64,000 bases of DNA from Candidatus Kapaibacterium sp. (GCA_044350705.1 JBILHA010000002.1:306295-370294), one strand, 5' to 3'; positions 9,754 through 19,490 are shown, counted from the first letter of the stretch. Notes: generated by a model not told the origin, from the sequence alone. Program-made: numbers and translations.

Positions 9754-11844
9754 ATGGCTTTAGACCTCGCCGCGATCCTGTCTCTCCTCTTGGGGGAGCA
9801 GAAGCGCGAGAAGCGGAAGGCTGAGACGGGCAAGGGGGATGGGCAGGACGCTCTGCACGACGCGTTTATTGACGCGATTTTGCCGGAGTTGTCGAGTTAC
9901 TTCCTGACCCTCTTCGAGGAGAAGGATGCGCCGACGCTCCTGCGCTCGCTCAACGCGTTCATCCTTACGGTGTATCAGGCTTCGCCTGACGCCCTCCAGT
10001 TCCTCATCCGACTTATGGCAAATGTGTCGGTTGAGAAGTGGCAGGACCGCGCGAAGCGCAGGAATATCCCCGCCTGGGCGCTCACTGCTCCCATGGTCTT
10101 CATCAAGGCCTACTTCGGCGCCCTGGAAGACATGGCGTCGAAAAACAAGGCGCAGGGCAAGCAGACCACCCCTGAGGACATCAAGGCCGCTCTCAACAAT
10201 TTCGCCAAGAAGGCGAAGCAGACGGGGAGTGACCTCAACACGAAGCTCGGCGCGGCCCAGAAAGCTGCGCGGGACTTCGCTTCCAGTCACAAGACCACCA
10301 CGGAGGGCCCGGACATGGGCAACCCCCACGCCAACCCCAAGCCGCCGCCCTCCGCGGGCGGCGCCGGTGGGGGTTCGCCCCCGCCGCCCAACAACCCCAA
10401 GCCCGCGCAGAAGGACGGGGACGACAAGAAGGGCTCGATCGGCGAGCTCGTGGACACAGTGAAGGACGTCTTCACCGCCCTCAGCGCCATCGTGGCGTGG
10501 TGGGGCGATAGGGGCGAGGACCACATCCAGGAGGGGGCTCGCGCCCTCTTCTGGGTGCCCGTCGCCCTCCTCGTGACGGCGGCGTTCACCTTCGTCGCGG
10601 CCATCTCTCCCCGAGATGAGCCGATGATGGTGGTGACGGCGGCGGCGGCGATCTTCTGGACCCTGGGCCCCTTCGCGGCATACTGGATCTGGCGGCGCAA
10701 CGCCAGCCTCGAGGCCGAAAAGAACGAGGAAAACCCGGCCGAGCGCCCCGGCAACGGGGTGATCGAGCTCGGCATGCTCGCCGTCACCGGCGGCTTTGTT
10801 GGGAGCATCTCGATGCTCACCATCACCGCCGTCTGCGTGGTCGGCTCCTTCTCGAGCGGGTTCCATCCGCTCTACTACTGGATCAGCATGATCGCCATGG
10901 CAGCGGTTTTTGTCACCTGCATGGCGACCGACATGCTCACGGACTCCCTTAAAAGCATCGGGGGCTTGGCGATCCCTCGCCTGCGCAGCGAAACGCTGCC
11001 CAATCGGGTGACGAGGAGCTTCTCGCTCTTCGGACTGGTTTTTGGCCTGGCTATGGCCGTTCCGGTTCTGGCGTACACCTTCGGTCTCACGGACTATGTG
11101 GGATCGAAGGTCGCTCTTGGACTATTCCTCGGAATCGTCGCAGGCTTTCTCAACACCCGGGTCGCCAACGCTCCCAATCACCCCCCCTTCACTCCTCTCC
11201 TGGAGCAGTTCAACCGGAACGTGCTTCGGGACTACAAAACGTCCCGGAGCATCCTCTTCGCGGGGATCATCCCCATCGTCTTCTTCACGCTCTTCGATCT
11301 CTTCGCGCCGCCGCGGTGCCCCACCGATCCGGAGCTCGCTCCCAGCGAGTGCCCGGTCGAGCTCCCGACCTACGCGGAGCGGTGGCATGACTCGGACATC
11401 CGGGAAATCGGTGGCCGCGCTTACCACGCGGTCGTCGGCCTCTTTCTGGATGACGAGGAGGGAGATGAGGACGACTCCTCGACGGCCCTGATGACGGTGG
11501 TTCCCGCGGACAACGACACCTGCTCCGCGCGGGTGGAAGTGTTCGTCGCGGGCATCGCCACGGATGACTGCAAAGTCATCCTGAAGGCAGGGACGGACGC
11601 CGACCTGATCGCCTTGTGCGACCAGGCTCGGGACTGCGGGGCGCTCGCGCCCAACGGCCGCAAGGTCGTGCAGGTCGTCCGGGAGAAGAAGGAGTGGACG
11701 GTGGCCGATGTGGACGACTGGGGAGTTGGTGAGGTGGTGCTGGCGGGCTTCGCGCTCGTCGGTGTCCTCTTCCTCGTCATCCTCATCCTTGCCGCGCTAG
11801 GAGGCGGTGAGGAGAAGAAGGACGGCCACAGCAAGGGCCACTAG
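9754..11844 (+). CDS. GC-rich polytopic membrane hypothetical protein
   Basis: AGGAG SD; helical N-terminus, Pro/Gly linker, multiple TM helices, Cys-containing acidic loop, C-terminal TM; GC3 bias. Confidence 0.85.
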   Translation: MALDLAAILSLLLGEQKREKRKAETGKGDGQDALHDAFIDAILPELSSYFLTLFEEKDAPTLLRSLNAFILTVYQASPDALQFLIRLMANVSVEKWQDRAKRRNIPAWALTAPMVFIKAYFGALEDMASKNKAQGKQTTPEDIKAALNNFAKKAKQTGSDLNTKLGAAQKAARDFASSHKTTTEGPDMGNPHANPKPPPSAGGAGGGSPPPPNNPKPAQKDGDDKKGSIGELVDTVKDVFTALSAIVAWWGDRGEDHIQEGARALFWVPVALLVTAAFTFVAAISPRDEPMMVVTAAAAIFWTLGPFAAYWIWRRNASLEAEKNEENPAERPGNGVIELGMLAVTGGFVGSISMLTITAVCVVGSFSSGFHPLYYWISMIAMAAVFVTCMATDMLTDSLKSIGGLAIPRLRSETLPNRVTRSFSLFGLVFGLAMAVPVLAYTFGLTDYVGSKVALGLFLGIVAGFLNTRVANAPNHPPFTPLLEQFNRNVLRDYKTSRSILFAGIIPIVFFTLFDLFAPPRCPTDPELAPSECPVELPTYAERWHDSDIREIGGRAYHAVVGLFLDDEEGDEDDSSTALMTVVPADNDTCSARVEVFVAGIATDDCKVILKAGTDADLIALCDQARDCGALAPNGRKVVQVVREKKEWTVADVDDWGVGEVVLAGFALVGVLFLVILILAALGGGEEKKDGHSKGH

Positions 11845-11866
11845 GAGGAGAGCAACCGCGTACAGT

Positions 11867-11950
11867 GGCGCGGGAAGGAACGGAAAAGCACACGGTACGT
11901 CGCAAGACGGACCTCTCGTGCTCGACCGGACCTTCCCGCGCCTTTTCGTT
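11867..11950 (+). terminator. 76-nt interrupted stem-loop with GCAA tetraloop and U-tract
   Basis: GGCGCGGGAAGG...GTC-GCAA-GAC...CCTTCCCGCGCC followed by TTTTCGTT. Confidence 0.7.
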
Positions 11951-11986
11951 TCAATAAAAAAACGCCCCGTGAGGGGCATTCTTTTT

Positions 11987-12370
11987 TTAGGTTACTGCGG
12001 TTTGTACTTGCGTGATAACGAAGTTGGAAATCGCGTATGCAGAGAGCAAGATCACGAGACCTACGACTGCCGTGATGAGAATATCCTTTGCCTTTCCGGT
12101 CTGCTTGCTGTCTCCCGCTGCGGTCATCCAGAGCCAACCTGCGTAGAGCGTAAGGAACAAGAAGACGATACCGAGCAAACTCAATCCGATGTTAATGAGC
12201 GTACCGATTGTGGTTGTAAGATCGTTATCACTTAAACCCGTTGCGCTTCCTACTTCACCGAGTGAAGCATCCAAATCAAGATCGTTGCCAGTGGCAAGTG
12301 CTGGCACTGCGCTTGCAAAAGGTGCTGCAGCGATTGCTGCTCCTGCCAAAAAGTGTTTCCAGTTTTTCAT
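11987..12370 (-). CDS. TrbC/VirB2-like pilin
   Basis: Signal peptide; two TM helices flanking AGWLWMTAAGDSKQTGKAKDIL; start revised to ATG 12370. Confidence 0.85.
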   Translation of the reverse strand: MKNWKHFLAGAAIAAAPFASAVPALATGNDLDLDASLGEVGSATGLSDNDLTTTIGTLINIGLSLLGIVFLFLTLYAGWLWMTAAGDSKQTGKAKDILITAVVGLVILLSAYAISNFVITQVQTAVT

Positions 12371-12434
12371 AGGATATTTTATGGATATATTGTAGCATGT
12401 TTTTTCTCTTTCTCTAGTTACTGTGGATAGGGCT

Positions 12435-13139
12435 TTAGCTTCCCCCGATAATTGAGTCGCTATAATCCCATCCTCCCGCGGCTCGTTCTCCTGAAAGCCG
12501 TCCAATAATGAATGAGGAAATACTGTAGGCGAGGAGCGTAAGAATGAGCCCAATGAGCGCATTCTTCATGATGGACTTTGCTTTGTCTACTTGCTTTCCG
12601 TCTCCTTGTGCGGTCATCCAGAGAATGCCGGCGTAGATAAAGAGTACCAGCAGGACAACACCGAGAAGATTGAGCACGATACTGATCATTGTTCCAATAT
12701 TATCGAGCAAGTCCGTACTTGTTACTCCTGTTGATTCGAATGTCTGTTGCGCATTCTCACTCAATAGGACATCTGCACCGGGAGCTTGTGCGATAAAGAA
12801 GAATACTATTGCATTTGCAGAGAGGGTGATGATGAGACCCACCACGGCATTTGCCATCACATCTTTCGCTTTCTTCACCTGCTTTTCGTCGCCTTGTGCG
12901 GTCATCCAAAGGAATCCTGCGTATACAAAGTAGATGAGGAGAAGAACGCTTAATAAACCTAACGCGAGGTTGATGAACAATCCTATGAGCGTGGGCAAAC
13001 TTCCCTCCGAACCTGTTACATTAATTTCCGCCCCTTGGCCTGCAGTCTGTAGTTCCGTTTGTCCTAGATCTATTGCCAATGCCCCTACAGGAAAGCATAG
13101 AGACATGGCTACGATGGCCATCCATTTTAAAATACGCAT
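12435..13139 (-). CDS. tandem double-domain TrbC/VirB2-like pilin
   Basis: Two YAG.LWMTAQGD.KQV.KAK motifs. Confidence 0.85.
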   Translation of the reverse strand: MRILKWMAIVAMSLCFPVGALAIDLGQTELQTAGQGAEINVTGSEGSLPTLIGLFINLALGLLSVLLLIYFVYAGFLWMTAQGDEKQVKKAKDVMANAVVGLIITLSANAIVFFFIAQAPGADVLLSENAQQTFESTGVTSTDLLDNIGTMISIVLNLLGVVLLVLFIYAGILWMTAQGDGKQVDKAKSIMKNALIGLILTLLAYSISSFIIGRLSGERAAGGWDYSDSIIGGS

Positions 13140-13149
13140 ATCTCTTCTT

Positions 13150-13542
13150 CTAGCCTCCTCCCGCCGTCGTCGTTGAGAGCGAAGTTACAACGAAGTTTGC
13201 TATTGCGTATGCACCCACGAGAATAACCGTTCCCACTACACACTGCGTAAGAATATCTTTTGCTTTCTGCACTTTCTTTGAGTCGCCTTGTGCGGTCACC
13301 CAGAGAAAACCTGCATAGGTCATGAGCGCAAAGAGAAGGGTACCTGTAAGCCCAAGTGCCGGTCGAATGACATAGGTTCCCACAAATTGTGGCAGCGTCA
13401 TGGTTATGGAGGTACTTGCTAATCCATACCCTTCTTTTGCCGTAGTTCCCAATCCAGTATCACTCGAACCTAATTGCGCAAATGCCGCAGTGGGGAGCAA
13501 GAAACTTAGAACAACAAATAATTTCAGAAGAATATTTTTCAT
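13150..13542 (-). CDS. TrbC/VirB2-like pilin
   Basis: YAGFLWVTAQGDSKKVQKAKDIL; signal peptide from MKNILL. Confidence 0.85.
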   Translation of the reverse strand: MKNILLKLFVVLSFLLPTAAFAQLGSSDTGLGTTAKEGYGLASTSITMTLPQFVGTYVIRPALGLTGTLLFALMTYAGFLWVTAQGDSKKVQKAKDILTQCVVGTVILVGAYAIANFVVTSLSTTTAGGG

Positions 13543-13578
13543 ACAAAAGGTTCCAAGTTCAAACGCTCCCCGCACGCA

Positions 13579-13974
13579 TTACGCTGTTGCGTCGAGAATT
13601 GAGGAGATGACGAAGCTTGCAATTGCGTATGCGGACATGATGATCGCCAGACCAATCAGACCAGAAATCATAAGGCGCTTTGCTTCGCCCACCTTTTCGT
13701 CGTTTCCACCTGCGGTCATCCACTTAAATCCACCGTAGAGCACAATACATACGGCGATAACACCCAAGAAACCAAGCGCAACACGAATCAGGTTACCGAT
13801 GGTGGTCTGCAGATCTGCCTGACCAAGTCCTGTTGCATCTGAAAAATCATCTCCCAAGAAATCCTCCGCTTCGAGAGGCTGTGCGTATGCGATCGGAATT
13901 ATTCTCGCGAAAGGAAGTGCAAGAAATACTCCCAGTGCCGCACTCATAAGGAAACGCAATGTTTTGTTCATCAT
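13579..13974 (-). CDS. TrbC/VirB2-like pilin
   Basis: YGGFKWMTAGGNDEKVGEAKRLM. Confidence 0.88.
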   Translation of the reverse strand: MMNKTLRFLMSAALGVFLALPFARIIPIAYAQPLEAEDFLGDDFSDATGLGQADLQTTIGNLIRVALGFLGVIAVCIVLYGGFKWMTAGGNDEKVGEAKRLMISGLIGLAIIMSAYAIASFVISSILDATA

Positions 13975-14009
13975 AGATATTTCTCAATATGGGAAAAGTA
14001 TAACATCTT

Positions 14010-14357
14010 TTATGCACCCGTTGCGCTTCCTGTGGTAAACGCATTTACGATCGCATTTACTATTACGTATGCTCCCGCAATAACTCCCAATCCCAGCACC
14101 GCCCAGACCATGATATCTTTTCCGCGCTGCACTTTTTTCTGTTCACCGTTTGCGGTAATCCAGAGTACACCTGCGTATACAAACATGAGAAGCGTAATCG
14201 TTCCGATAACGGAAAGAAGTCCCGAGATGATACGTCCCGCTAAAATACGAGGATCCGTTTCGCCGAGGGGATTGATGAGATGTACCGTCTGTGCAGAAAC
14301 GAGGTGCGGCGCAAGGATAAGTAGACCGCAGATAAGCGTAAGAACATGCCGTTTCAT
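14010..14357 (-). CDS. TrbC/VirB2-like pilin
   Basis: LINPLG, YAGVLWITANGEQKKVQRGKDIM; start MKRHV. Confidence 0.85.
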   Translation of the reverse strand: MKRHVLTLICGLLILAPHLVSAQTVHLINPLGETDPRILAGRIISGLLSVIGTITLLMFVYAGVLWITANGEQKKVQRGKDIMVWAVLGLGVIAGAYVIVNAIVNAFTTGSATGA

Positions 14358-14358
14358 A

Positions 14359-14916
14359 CTATTGGTTATTTGTGTCAATGACCTGTCCTGTGGGGATTTC
14401 GTATCTTCTTCCGTCTTCAGTCGCAGGGAGGTCTTGGATGGTTTCTTCAACCGTTGCTTGAGGATCAATTCCTCCGAGGATTGAAATGAGGAAATTGATC
14501 ATCGCGTATGCACCAAATATAATCGCCAGACCGATAATTGCGTGCTTCATGGTGTCTTTTCCGATTTGAATGTACTCAGGACGACCTTGCGCAAACACCC
14601 AATTCCACCCTCCGTAGATAAACATGAGCAGCGCTACCGTTCCAGAGATTCCGAGAATAAGAATGATGATGTTTACCGCGATTTGTACCAGTTCAGCGAG
14701 ACTACAAATTCCTTGTGCTCGACACTGACACGTGTCTCCTTCGCCACTTTCAGGAGCTGGATCTTCACAAATATTTGCGAAGATAATTCCCTGTTGCATG
14801 ATGTTCGTGTACCCCTGTGCAGCCGTTACATCTTGTGGCGCTGCGAATGCGAAGCTTGGCGCAATACACATGAATGCTCCAATACATGCTGCGAGGATAC
14901 GAGCGAAGAAACGCAT
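14359..14916 (-). CDS. TrbC/VirB2-like pilin with Cys-rich N-terminal region
   Basis: C..CQC...CSL followed by YGGWNWVFAQGRPEYIQIGKDTM. Confidence 0.82.
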   Translation of the reverse strand: MRFFARILAACIGAFMCIAPSFAFAAPQDVTAAQGYTNIMQQGIIFANICEDPAPESGEGDTCQCRAQGICSLAELVQIAVNIIILILGISGTVALLMFIYGGWNWVFAQGRPEYIQIGKDTMKHAIIGLAIIFGAYAMINFLISILGGIDPQATVEETIQDLPATEDGRRYEIPTGQVIDTNNQ

Positions 14917-14941
14917 ATCGATGCGTATATTCTATCACGCA

Positions 14942-16345
14942 TTATTTATAGGTTTGAGAAACTACTTTTGCTGCGTCATTGATAGAGTCTTCCGCCTTTC
15001 TGTTTGCTGCCAGTACTTCGGTTGCCAGCTCTTCAAATGCCGCTTCCATCGCTTTCGCGTCAAGGCCCTTGTACCAGCTTTCCGCCGTCAGGATCTGCTC
15101 TACAAATGCACTCAGATTTTCTCTTTCAATCTGCTCGTCAATTAGTTCACGTAATGCGGTTGGTCTTCCTGTTTCGTCGAGGTATTTTATCGCCTGCTCT
15201 GCACTCGTCGCAAATGCCACAAAGTCCCATGCTTCATCAGGAAATTCCGTATCTTTTGATACGGTTTCTATCCAATAATTTGCAAAATTCACCTTCTTTG
15301 CCCCTCCGCCGATCTGCGGGAGTGGCGAGACACCAATATCGATCGTGGGAGCTGCTGCCTGAATGATCGGCAAATGATAGCTGTACCCCAACATCATTGC
15401 CGTTTGTCCTGACGCAAATGCATCGACATTCGCTGGGAATTCCTCGGTCCAGGTGTACGTTTCCTTTACGGGATTTGCGAAGTCCGTAAAGAAACGTACC
15501 GCATCCAATCCAGGAAATACTCCGCTTCCTGCGTCGTCGGGGATGGTATTAAAGGCAATACGTCCGCGATCATCTACCATCGGCGTTCCGTTCTGGAGCA
15601 TAAGCGCCTGCACAATATCTGCCGCGCGATCAATATTTTCTACGGTTCCCAAAGAGGCTCCTGACTGGCGAATCGATCCGTCGTCCGCATACTGCGTGAG
15701 CGCCACGACGGCATCTTGAAATTCCACCCATGTCTCTGGAGCTTTTGCGAGTCCTGCCGCATCAAACAAATCTTTGTTGTAGAATAACGCCAATGTATCC
15801 ACTGAGAGCGGCAGACCAAATACCCGATCTTCCTCTGGAGCATCTTCGTCGGGTTGATACGGCAAAATAGCATCGTGGGCAACGACGTCTACGAAATCCT
15901 CTTTGATTGATCGCTGCGAAGGGAGTGCCACCTGTTTTGAGGTGAGAACCGTTTCTTTTCTCACCGTTCCTACGGTTTCAAGGTATTTCACCGTTACCGA
16001 TGTCGGCATGGGCAAAAGAAGATCTTTATACTCATTCATTTGGGTATTGTGTACCGTAAAAATGTCCGGACCTTCGCCTTTTGCAAGCGCAGTGATGAGT
16101 TCTTTTTCGTATTCATCAAATCGCAACACGCGGTAATCGATGACTACGTAGGGATGCTGCGCTTGATATGCGCTAATAATGTCGTCAAAGGCATCATCTC
16201 CATCAAATACGCGCCAATACGTGAGTCGTACTTTTTCTGCGGCTTGCTTTGTTTCACCGCCGCCTCCACACCCTGCTCCAAGCGTAAATAATAACGATGC
16301 GGTCAGCATCGCAGGAAGAAATCTACGGAGTTTCGGGAATTTCAT
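14942..16345 (-). CDS. extracellular solute-binding lipoprotein (family 1)
   Basis: Lipobox LGAGC, GEGPDIF, LPLSVDTLALFYNKDLF, AWDFV. Confidence 0.92.
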   Translation of the reverse strand: MKFPKLRRFLPAMLTASLLFTLGAGCGGGGETKQAAEKVRLTYWRVFDGDDAFDDIISAYQAQHPYVVIDYRVLRFDEYEKELITALAKGEGPDIFTVHNTQMNEYKDLLLPMPTSVTVKYLETVGTVRKETVLTSKQVALPSQRSIKEDFVDVVAHDAILPYQPDEDAPEEDRVFGLPLSVDTLALFYNKDLFDAAGLAKAPETWVEFQDAVVALTQYADDGSIRQSGASLGTVENIDRAADIVQALMLQNGTPMVDDRGRIAFNTIPDDAGSGVFPGLDAVRFFTDFANPVKETYTWTEEFPANVDAFASGQTAMMLGYSYHLPIIQAAAPTIDIGVSPLPQIGGGAKKVNFANYWIETVSKDTEFPDEAWDFVAFATSAEQAIKYLDETGRPTALRELIDEQIERENLSAFVEQILTAESWYKGLDAKAMEAAFEELATEVLAANRKAEDSINDAAKVVSQTYK

Positions 16346-16886
16346 AGATGTACATCATGCGGCCACGGAGATTTTTCGGCAGATGTGTTTGCTCGATAAC
16401 CTCCTTTGGCTTCCAAAAAGTGATGGGAAAATCGACGGCAACGATGCGGGTACCCGGCTTACATTCTTGCTCGAGCTTTTTCGCGACTTTGTCTACGAAT
16501 CCGGGCAAAAGATAGAGTACTATCCGATCTGCGTCCTGATATTTTTGTTTCAACGCGTCCGCATGGACATAGGAAATATGCTTTTCCTTGCCACAGAGGC
16601 GTGCGAGGATGATGGGATACCATGCTCGATCAATCCCCTTGTAGTGAGCTCGTGGCTCTTGTGCTGCACACGCGCGCAAAATACGGCCATCTCCGCACCC
16701 AATATCATACACTACAAGATCTGCCTTTATAGCGAGTGCCTTTACTACTCCCGAAAGCACTTCATGCGGGAGTGGTACATACGGCGCGCGCCATGAGCCA
16801 AGTACGCTCATAGCCCACAGGAATACCCCTCCGTTTATGAGTACGAAAAACAAGAGTGCAGTTCCTAAAATAAGGTATTCGAGCAT
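16323..16886 (-). CDS. class I SAM-dependent methyltransferase
   Basis: APYVP, VVYDIGCGDGR, LYLLP. Confidence 0.9.
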   Translation of the reverse strand: MLEYLILGTALLFFVLINGGVFLWAMSVLGSWRAPYVPLPHEVLSGVVKALAIKADLVVYDIGCGDGRILRACAAQEPRAHYKGIDRAWYPIILARLCGKEKHISYVHADALKQKYQDADRIVLYLLPGFVDKVAKKLEQECKPGTRIVAVDFPITFWKPKEVIEQTHLPKNLRGRMMYIYEIPETP

Positions 16887-16929
16887 AGGAGGACTCAGAG
16901 AAACTGGACGTCATCTCGACGACACTCGT

Positions 16930-17799
16930 TCACTTCAAACTCTCTAAATAGCCCTTTAATCCTTCTTTTACTTCTGGGTGCTGCAAGCCAAGTTCAATTT
17001 GTGCGAGAATGAACTGGAGCTTGTTTCCACAGTCATAGCGCTTTCCGCTGAACTTTCTTCCAAAAAGCTTTCCCCCTTCACTCAAATGCGTCGCGAACGC
17101 ATCGGCAAGCCGGATTTCTCCATCCTTTCCCGGTTCCTGTGTTTCAAGGAGACGGAGGATTCGAGGAGTAATAACGTACCGCCCTACTGCGGCGTAGTTT
17201 GAAGGTGCTTCTTCTACTTTTGGCTTTTCTACAAATTGTGAAATCGCCCAAACGTCATGAGAAAGCGCCTCTCCATCAATAACGCCATAGCTTGAAACAT
17301 GTGCACGCGGAACTTCTTGCACGGCTACTACGGACTCTCCTCCCTGTGCATGGAATGTTTCAATGAGTTCTCCAATTGCCGGCTTTTCTCCCGAAATGAT
17401 GTCATCTCCAAAAAGCACCGCTACAGACTCGTCATCGCCAATAAAAGGCGCTGCCGCAAGAAGCGCATGTCCATCTCCCAACGGCTTCTGTTGGCGCACA
17501 AAGGCAAATTTTGCCAACTTCCCCACCTCTTCAATTACCGCTAACTCCTTCAGCTTTTTCTTTTGCTCAAGGCGATATTCAAGCTCGAAGTTCCGATCAA
17601 AGTGATCCTCAATGGCTCGCTTCCCAATCGCCGTCACGAAAATCACCTCCTCAATTCCCGCAGCAACCGCCTCTTCGACGATGTATTGAATCACCGGCTT
17701 ATCAACGACCGGGAGCATTTCTTTTGGCTGTGCTTTTGTTGCCGGGAGGAATCGCGTTCCCATGCCTGCAACAGGAATGATTGCTTTGCGAATTTGCAT
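16930..17799 (-). CDS. galU: UTP-glucose-1-phosphate uridylyltransferase
   Basis: KAIIPVAGMGTRFLPATKAQPKEMLP, VEKP, RYDCG. Confidence 0.97.
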   Translation of the reverse strand: MQIRKAIIPVAGMGTRFLPATKAQPKEMLPVVDKPVIQYIVEEAVAAGIEEVIFVTAIGKRAIEDHFDRNFELEYRLEQKKKLKELAVIEEVGKLAKFAFVRQQKPLGDGHALLAAAPFIGDDESVAVLFGDDIISGEKPAIGELIETFHAQGGESVVAVQEVPRAHVSSYGVIDGEALSHDVWAISQFVEKPKVEEAPSNYAAVGRYVITPRILRLLETQEPGKDGEIRLADAFATHLSEGGKLFGRKFSGKRYDCGNKLQFILAQIELGLQHPEVKEGLKGYLESLK

Positions 17800-17841
17800 A
17801 CTTTTCTTTCAGTATATCTTGCGTGTGTTTTTTCGTGAACA

Positions 17842-18381
17842 TCACCTCATCTCCGAGCTGCATGCATCGCCCCAAAGCCCACGCTCTTGCGTTCTCGCCT
17901 CTTCTTCTGCGGCCGCATACTCACCCTGCTTCTCATATGGAACCTTGTAGGTGTACTCTTGCGCGTATCCGCTTTCGATGAGCCATGTTCCGATGTCTTC
18001 ATTGTTTTTTTCTACGTATCGCAACCATCTTCCATAACGATCCTCCTCTGTTTGTGACGGATCCGCGATGAGCGTTACTTCATCTCCCACAAGAAGCTTT
18101 TCTTTTAACGCCTGTGACGCCTCTTTCCCAAAGCACTCCACAGATTTTCTTGGATCGACGGTTTCTGGAGTATTCACTCCTATCATTCTCACCGTGCGAT
18201 CTTCGCCTTCCGCATGCACAATGATGGTATCTCCGTCGACTACACGCACTACGGTCGTACCCGTTTTTTCTTCTGCCGCGATCTCTCCGATGAGCTCCTC
18301 TGGAATTGTTCCAAATTCATACAGTAGAGCGATTGCAATTGTTGCGAGTATTGCAAGAAGTGATGCTTGTTTTTTTCTCAT
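17842..18381 (-). CDS. thermonuclease (SNase) family protein
   Basis: VVDGDT, VRMIGVNTPE, DRYGRWLRYV, RGLW. Confidence 0.95.
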   Translation of the reverse strand: MRKKQASLLAILATIAIALLYEFGTIPEELIGEIAAEEKTGTTVVRVVDGDTIIVHAEGEDRTVRMIGVNTPETVDPRKSVECFGKEASQALKEKLLVGDEVTLIADPSQTEEDRYGRWLRYVEKNNEDIGTWLIESGYAQEYTYKVPYEKQGEYAAAEEEARTQERGLWGDACSSEMR

Positions 18382-18400
18382 AGCGAACCCGGCATAAGTA

Positions 18401-19087
18401 TTAAGAATTAGGATTTTTTTTCATCTGCTCGTAGAGTTCGGGGCCTTCTTTATACCAACGTGTCACCGCATCAACATGTGACATACCTTCTGATTCCCAT
18501 TTGCGAAGAAGTTTAAATTTTTCTTCAAATAATTCATGGTGCTTTCGCATGTTCTCTGCGCTCTTCAGTGCCCATTGCGCATGCTCACGCTCTGCTTGCT
18601 CCTTTTTTTCTACAATGTCGTCAGACAAGTAACGATTCTTCGAAATGTCGAAGTCGATTCCCTCAACTGCTACTTTCTTTTCTTTGAAAAGATGTTGTAC
18701 GGTTTCTTTATTTCTTTCCACGCGCGTTGCTTCGCAGAATATCATCACCTCTTCTCCTTCGTATTCATTGATGATTCTCTCTGCAAAGATCAAATTTTCA
18801 AGCGAAGAAAGTGACTGATCTTCGAGAACAATGCTCCATGCAGACGCTGCCCTGCCGACACTTTCTCGTTCCATGAGATATTTGAGATACTCAGCGATCT
18901 TTTCCGCCTCAGTTCCTTTGTACGGTGGCGTGCAAGAAGTAGGCCCGCCACAAGGAATCACGAGCGCCTTTTCATTTTTTGCTTCCGCATACATGCGATT
19001 AAAAGCAACGTGCAGATACGTGAGGTAATTCTGATCTTTTCGAATGTCTTCCGGAATTCCGTAACCGCAGATGATGAATGCTTTCAT
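18401..19087 (-). CDS. YdcF/DUF218-like protein
   Basis: IPCGG.T, TEAE, LEDQSLSSLENL; start revised to MKAFII. Confidence 0.65.
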   Translation of the reverse strand: MKAFIICGYGIPEDIRKDQNYLTYLHVAFNRMYAEAKNEKALVIPCGGPTSCTPPYKGTEAEKIAEYLKYLMERESVGRAASAWSIVLEDQSLSSLENLIFAERIINEYEGEEVMIFCEATRVERNKETVQHLFKEKKVAVEGIDFDISKNRYLSDDIVEKKEQAEREHAQWALKSAENMRKHHELFEEKFKLLRKWESEGMSHVDAVTRWYKEGPELYEQMKKNPNS

Positions 19088-19089
19088 AC

Positions 19090-19464
19090 TTATTTCTCCT
19101 TCGGAATAAACTTCAGCGATACGGAGTTCACGCAATGGCGGGTATCTTTTGGCGTCATTTTTTCACCGGTAAAAACATGACCCAGATGTGCTTTACATTT
19201 TCCACAAATAATTTCGGTTCTTTCGCCATCTGCATCACGTATTCTTTCCACCGCTCCTGGTACTTCGTCGTCAAAACTTGGCCATCCGCATCCAGAAGAA
19301 AATTTATCTTGTGACTCGTAGAGCTTGGCACCACAGCGGCGACAGACGTAAATTCCTTCTTTGTAAAAATCATTGTACTCACCGGAAAAAGGCATTTCTG
19401 TTCCTTTATGGATCATGACCCGCTCTTCTTCAGGTGTCAGTGGCGGCATTGCATGATTGGTCAT
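19090..19464 (-). CDS. msrB: methionine-R-sulfoxide reductase
   Basis: GTE.PF, CRRC, GCGWPSF, HLGHVF, RHCVNS. Confidence 0.96.
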   Translation of the reverse strand: MTNHAMPPLTPEEERVMIHKGTEMPFSGEYNDFYKEGIYVCRRCGAKLYESQDKFSSGCGWPSFDDEVPGAVERIRDADGERTEIICGKCKAHLGHVFTGEKMTPKDTRHCVNSVSLKFIPKEK

Positions 19465-19490
19465 ATGTCTCGACTTTAGCATAAAAAAGC

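Noticed and set aside
8092-10866. Long alternative ORFs 8092-9441, 8552-9385 and 9760-10866
   Set aside because: These are shadow frames typical of high-GC DNA (Arg/Gly/Pro-rich, no SD or signal peptide).
8017-11844. All three GC-rich genes end in CTAG, a possible insertion target
   Set aside because: Many native genes (ruvB, engB, pnp, xer) also end in CTAG.
7952-11942. Integron cassettes with attC sites
   Set aside because: The hairpins lack RYYYAAC/GTTRRRY ends, the genes are divergent, and the only tyrosine recombinase in the window looks like a standard Xer rather than IntI.
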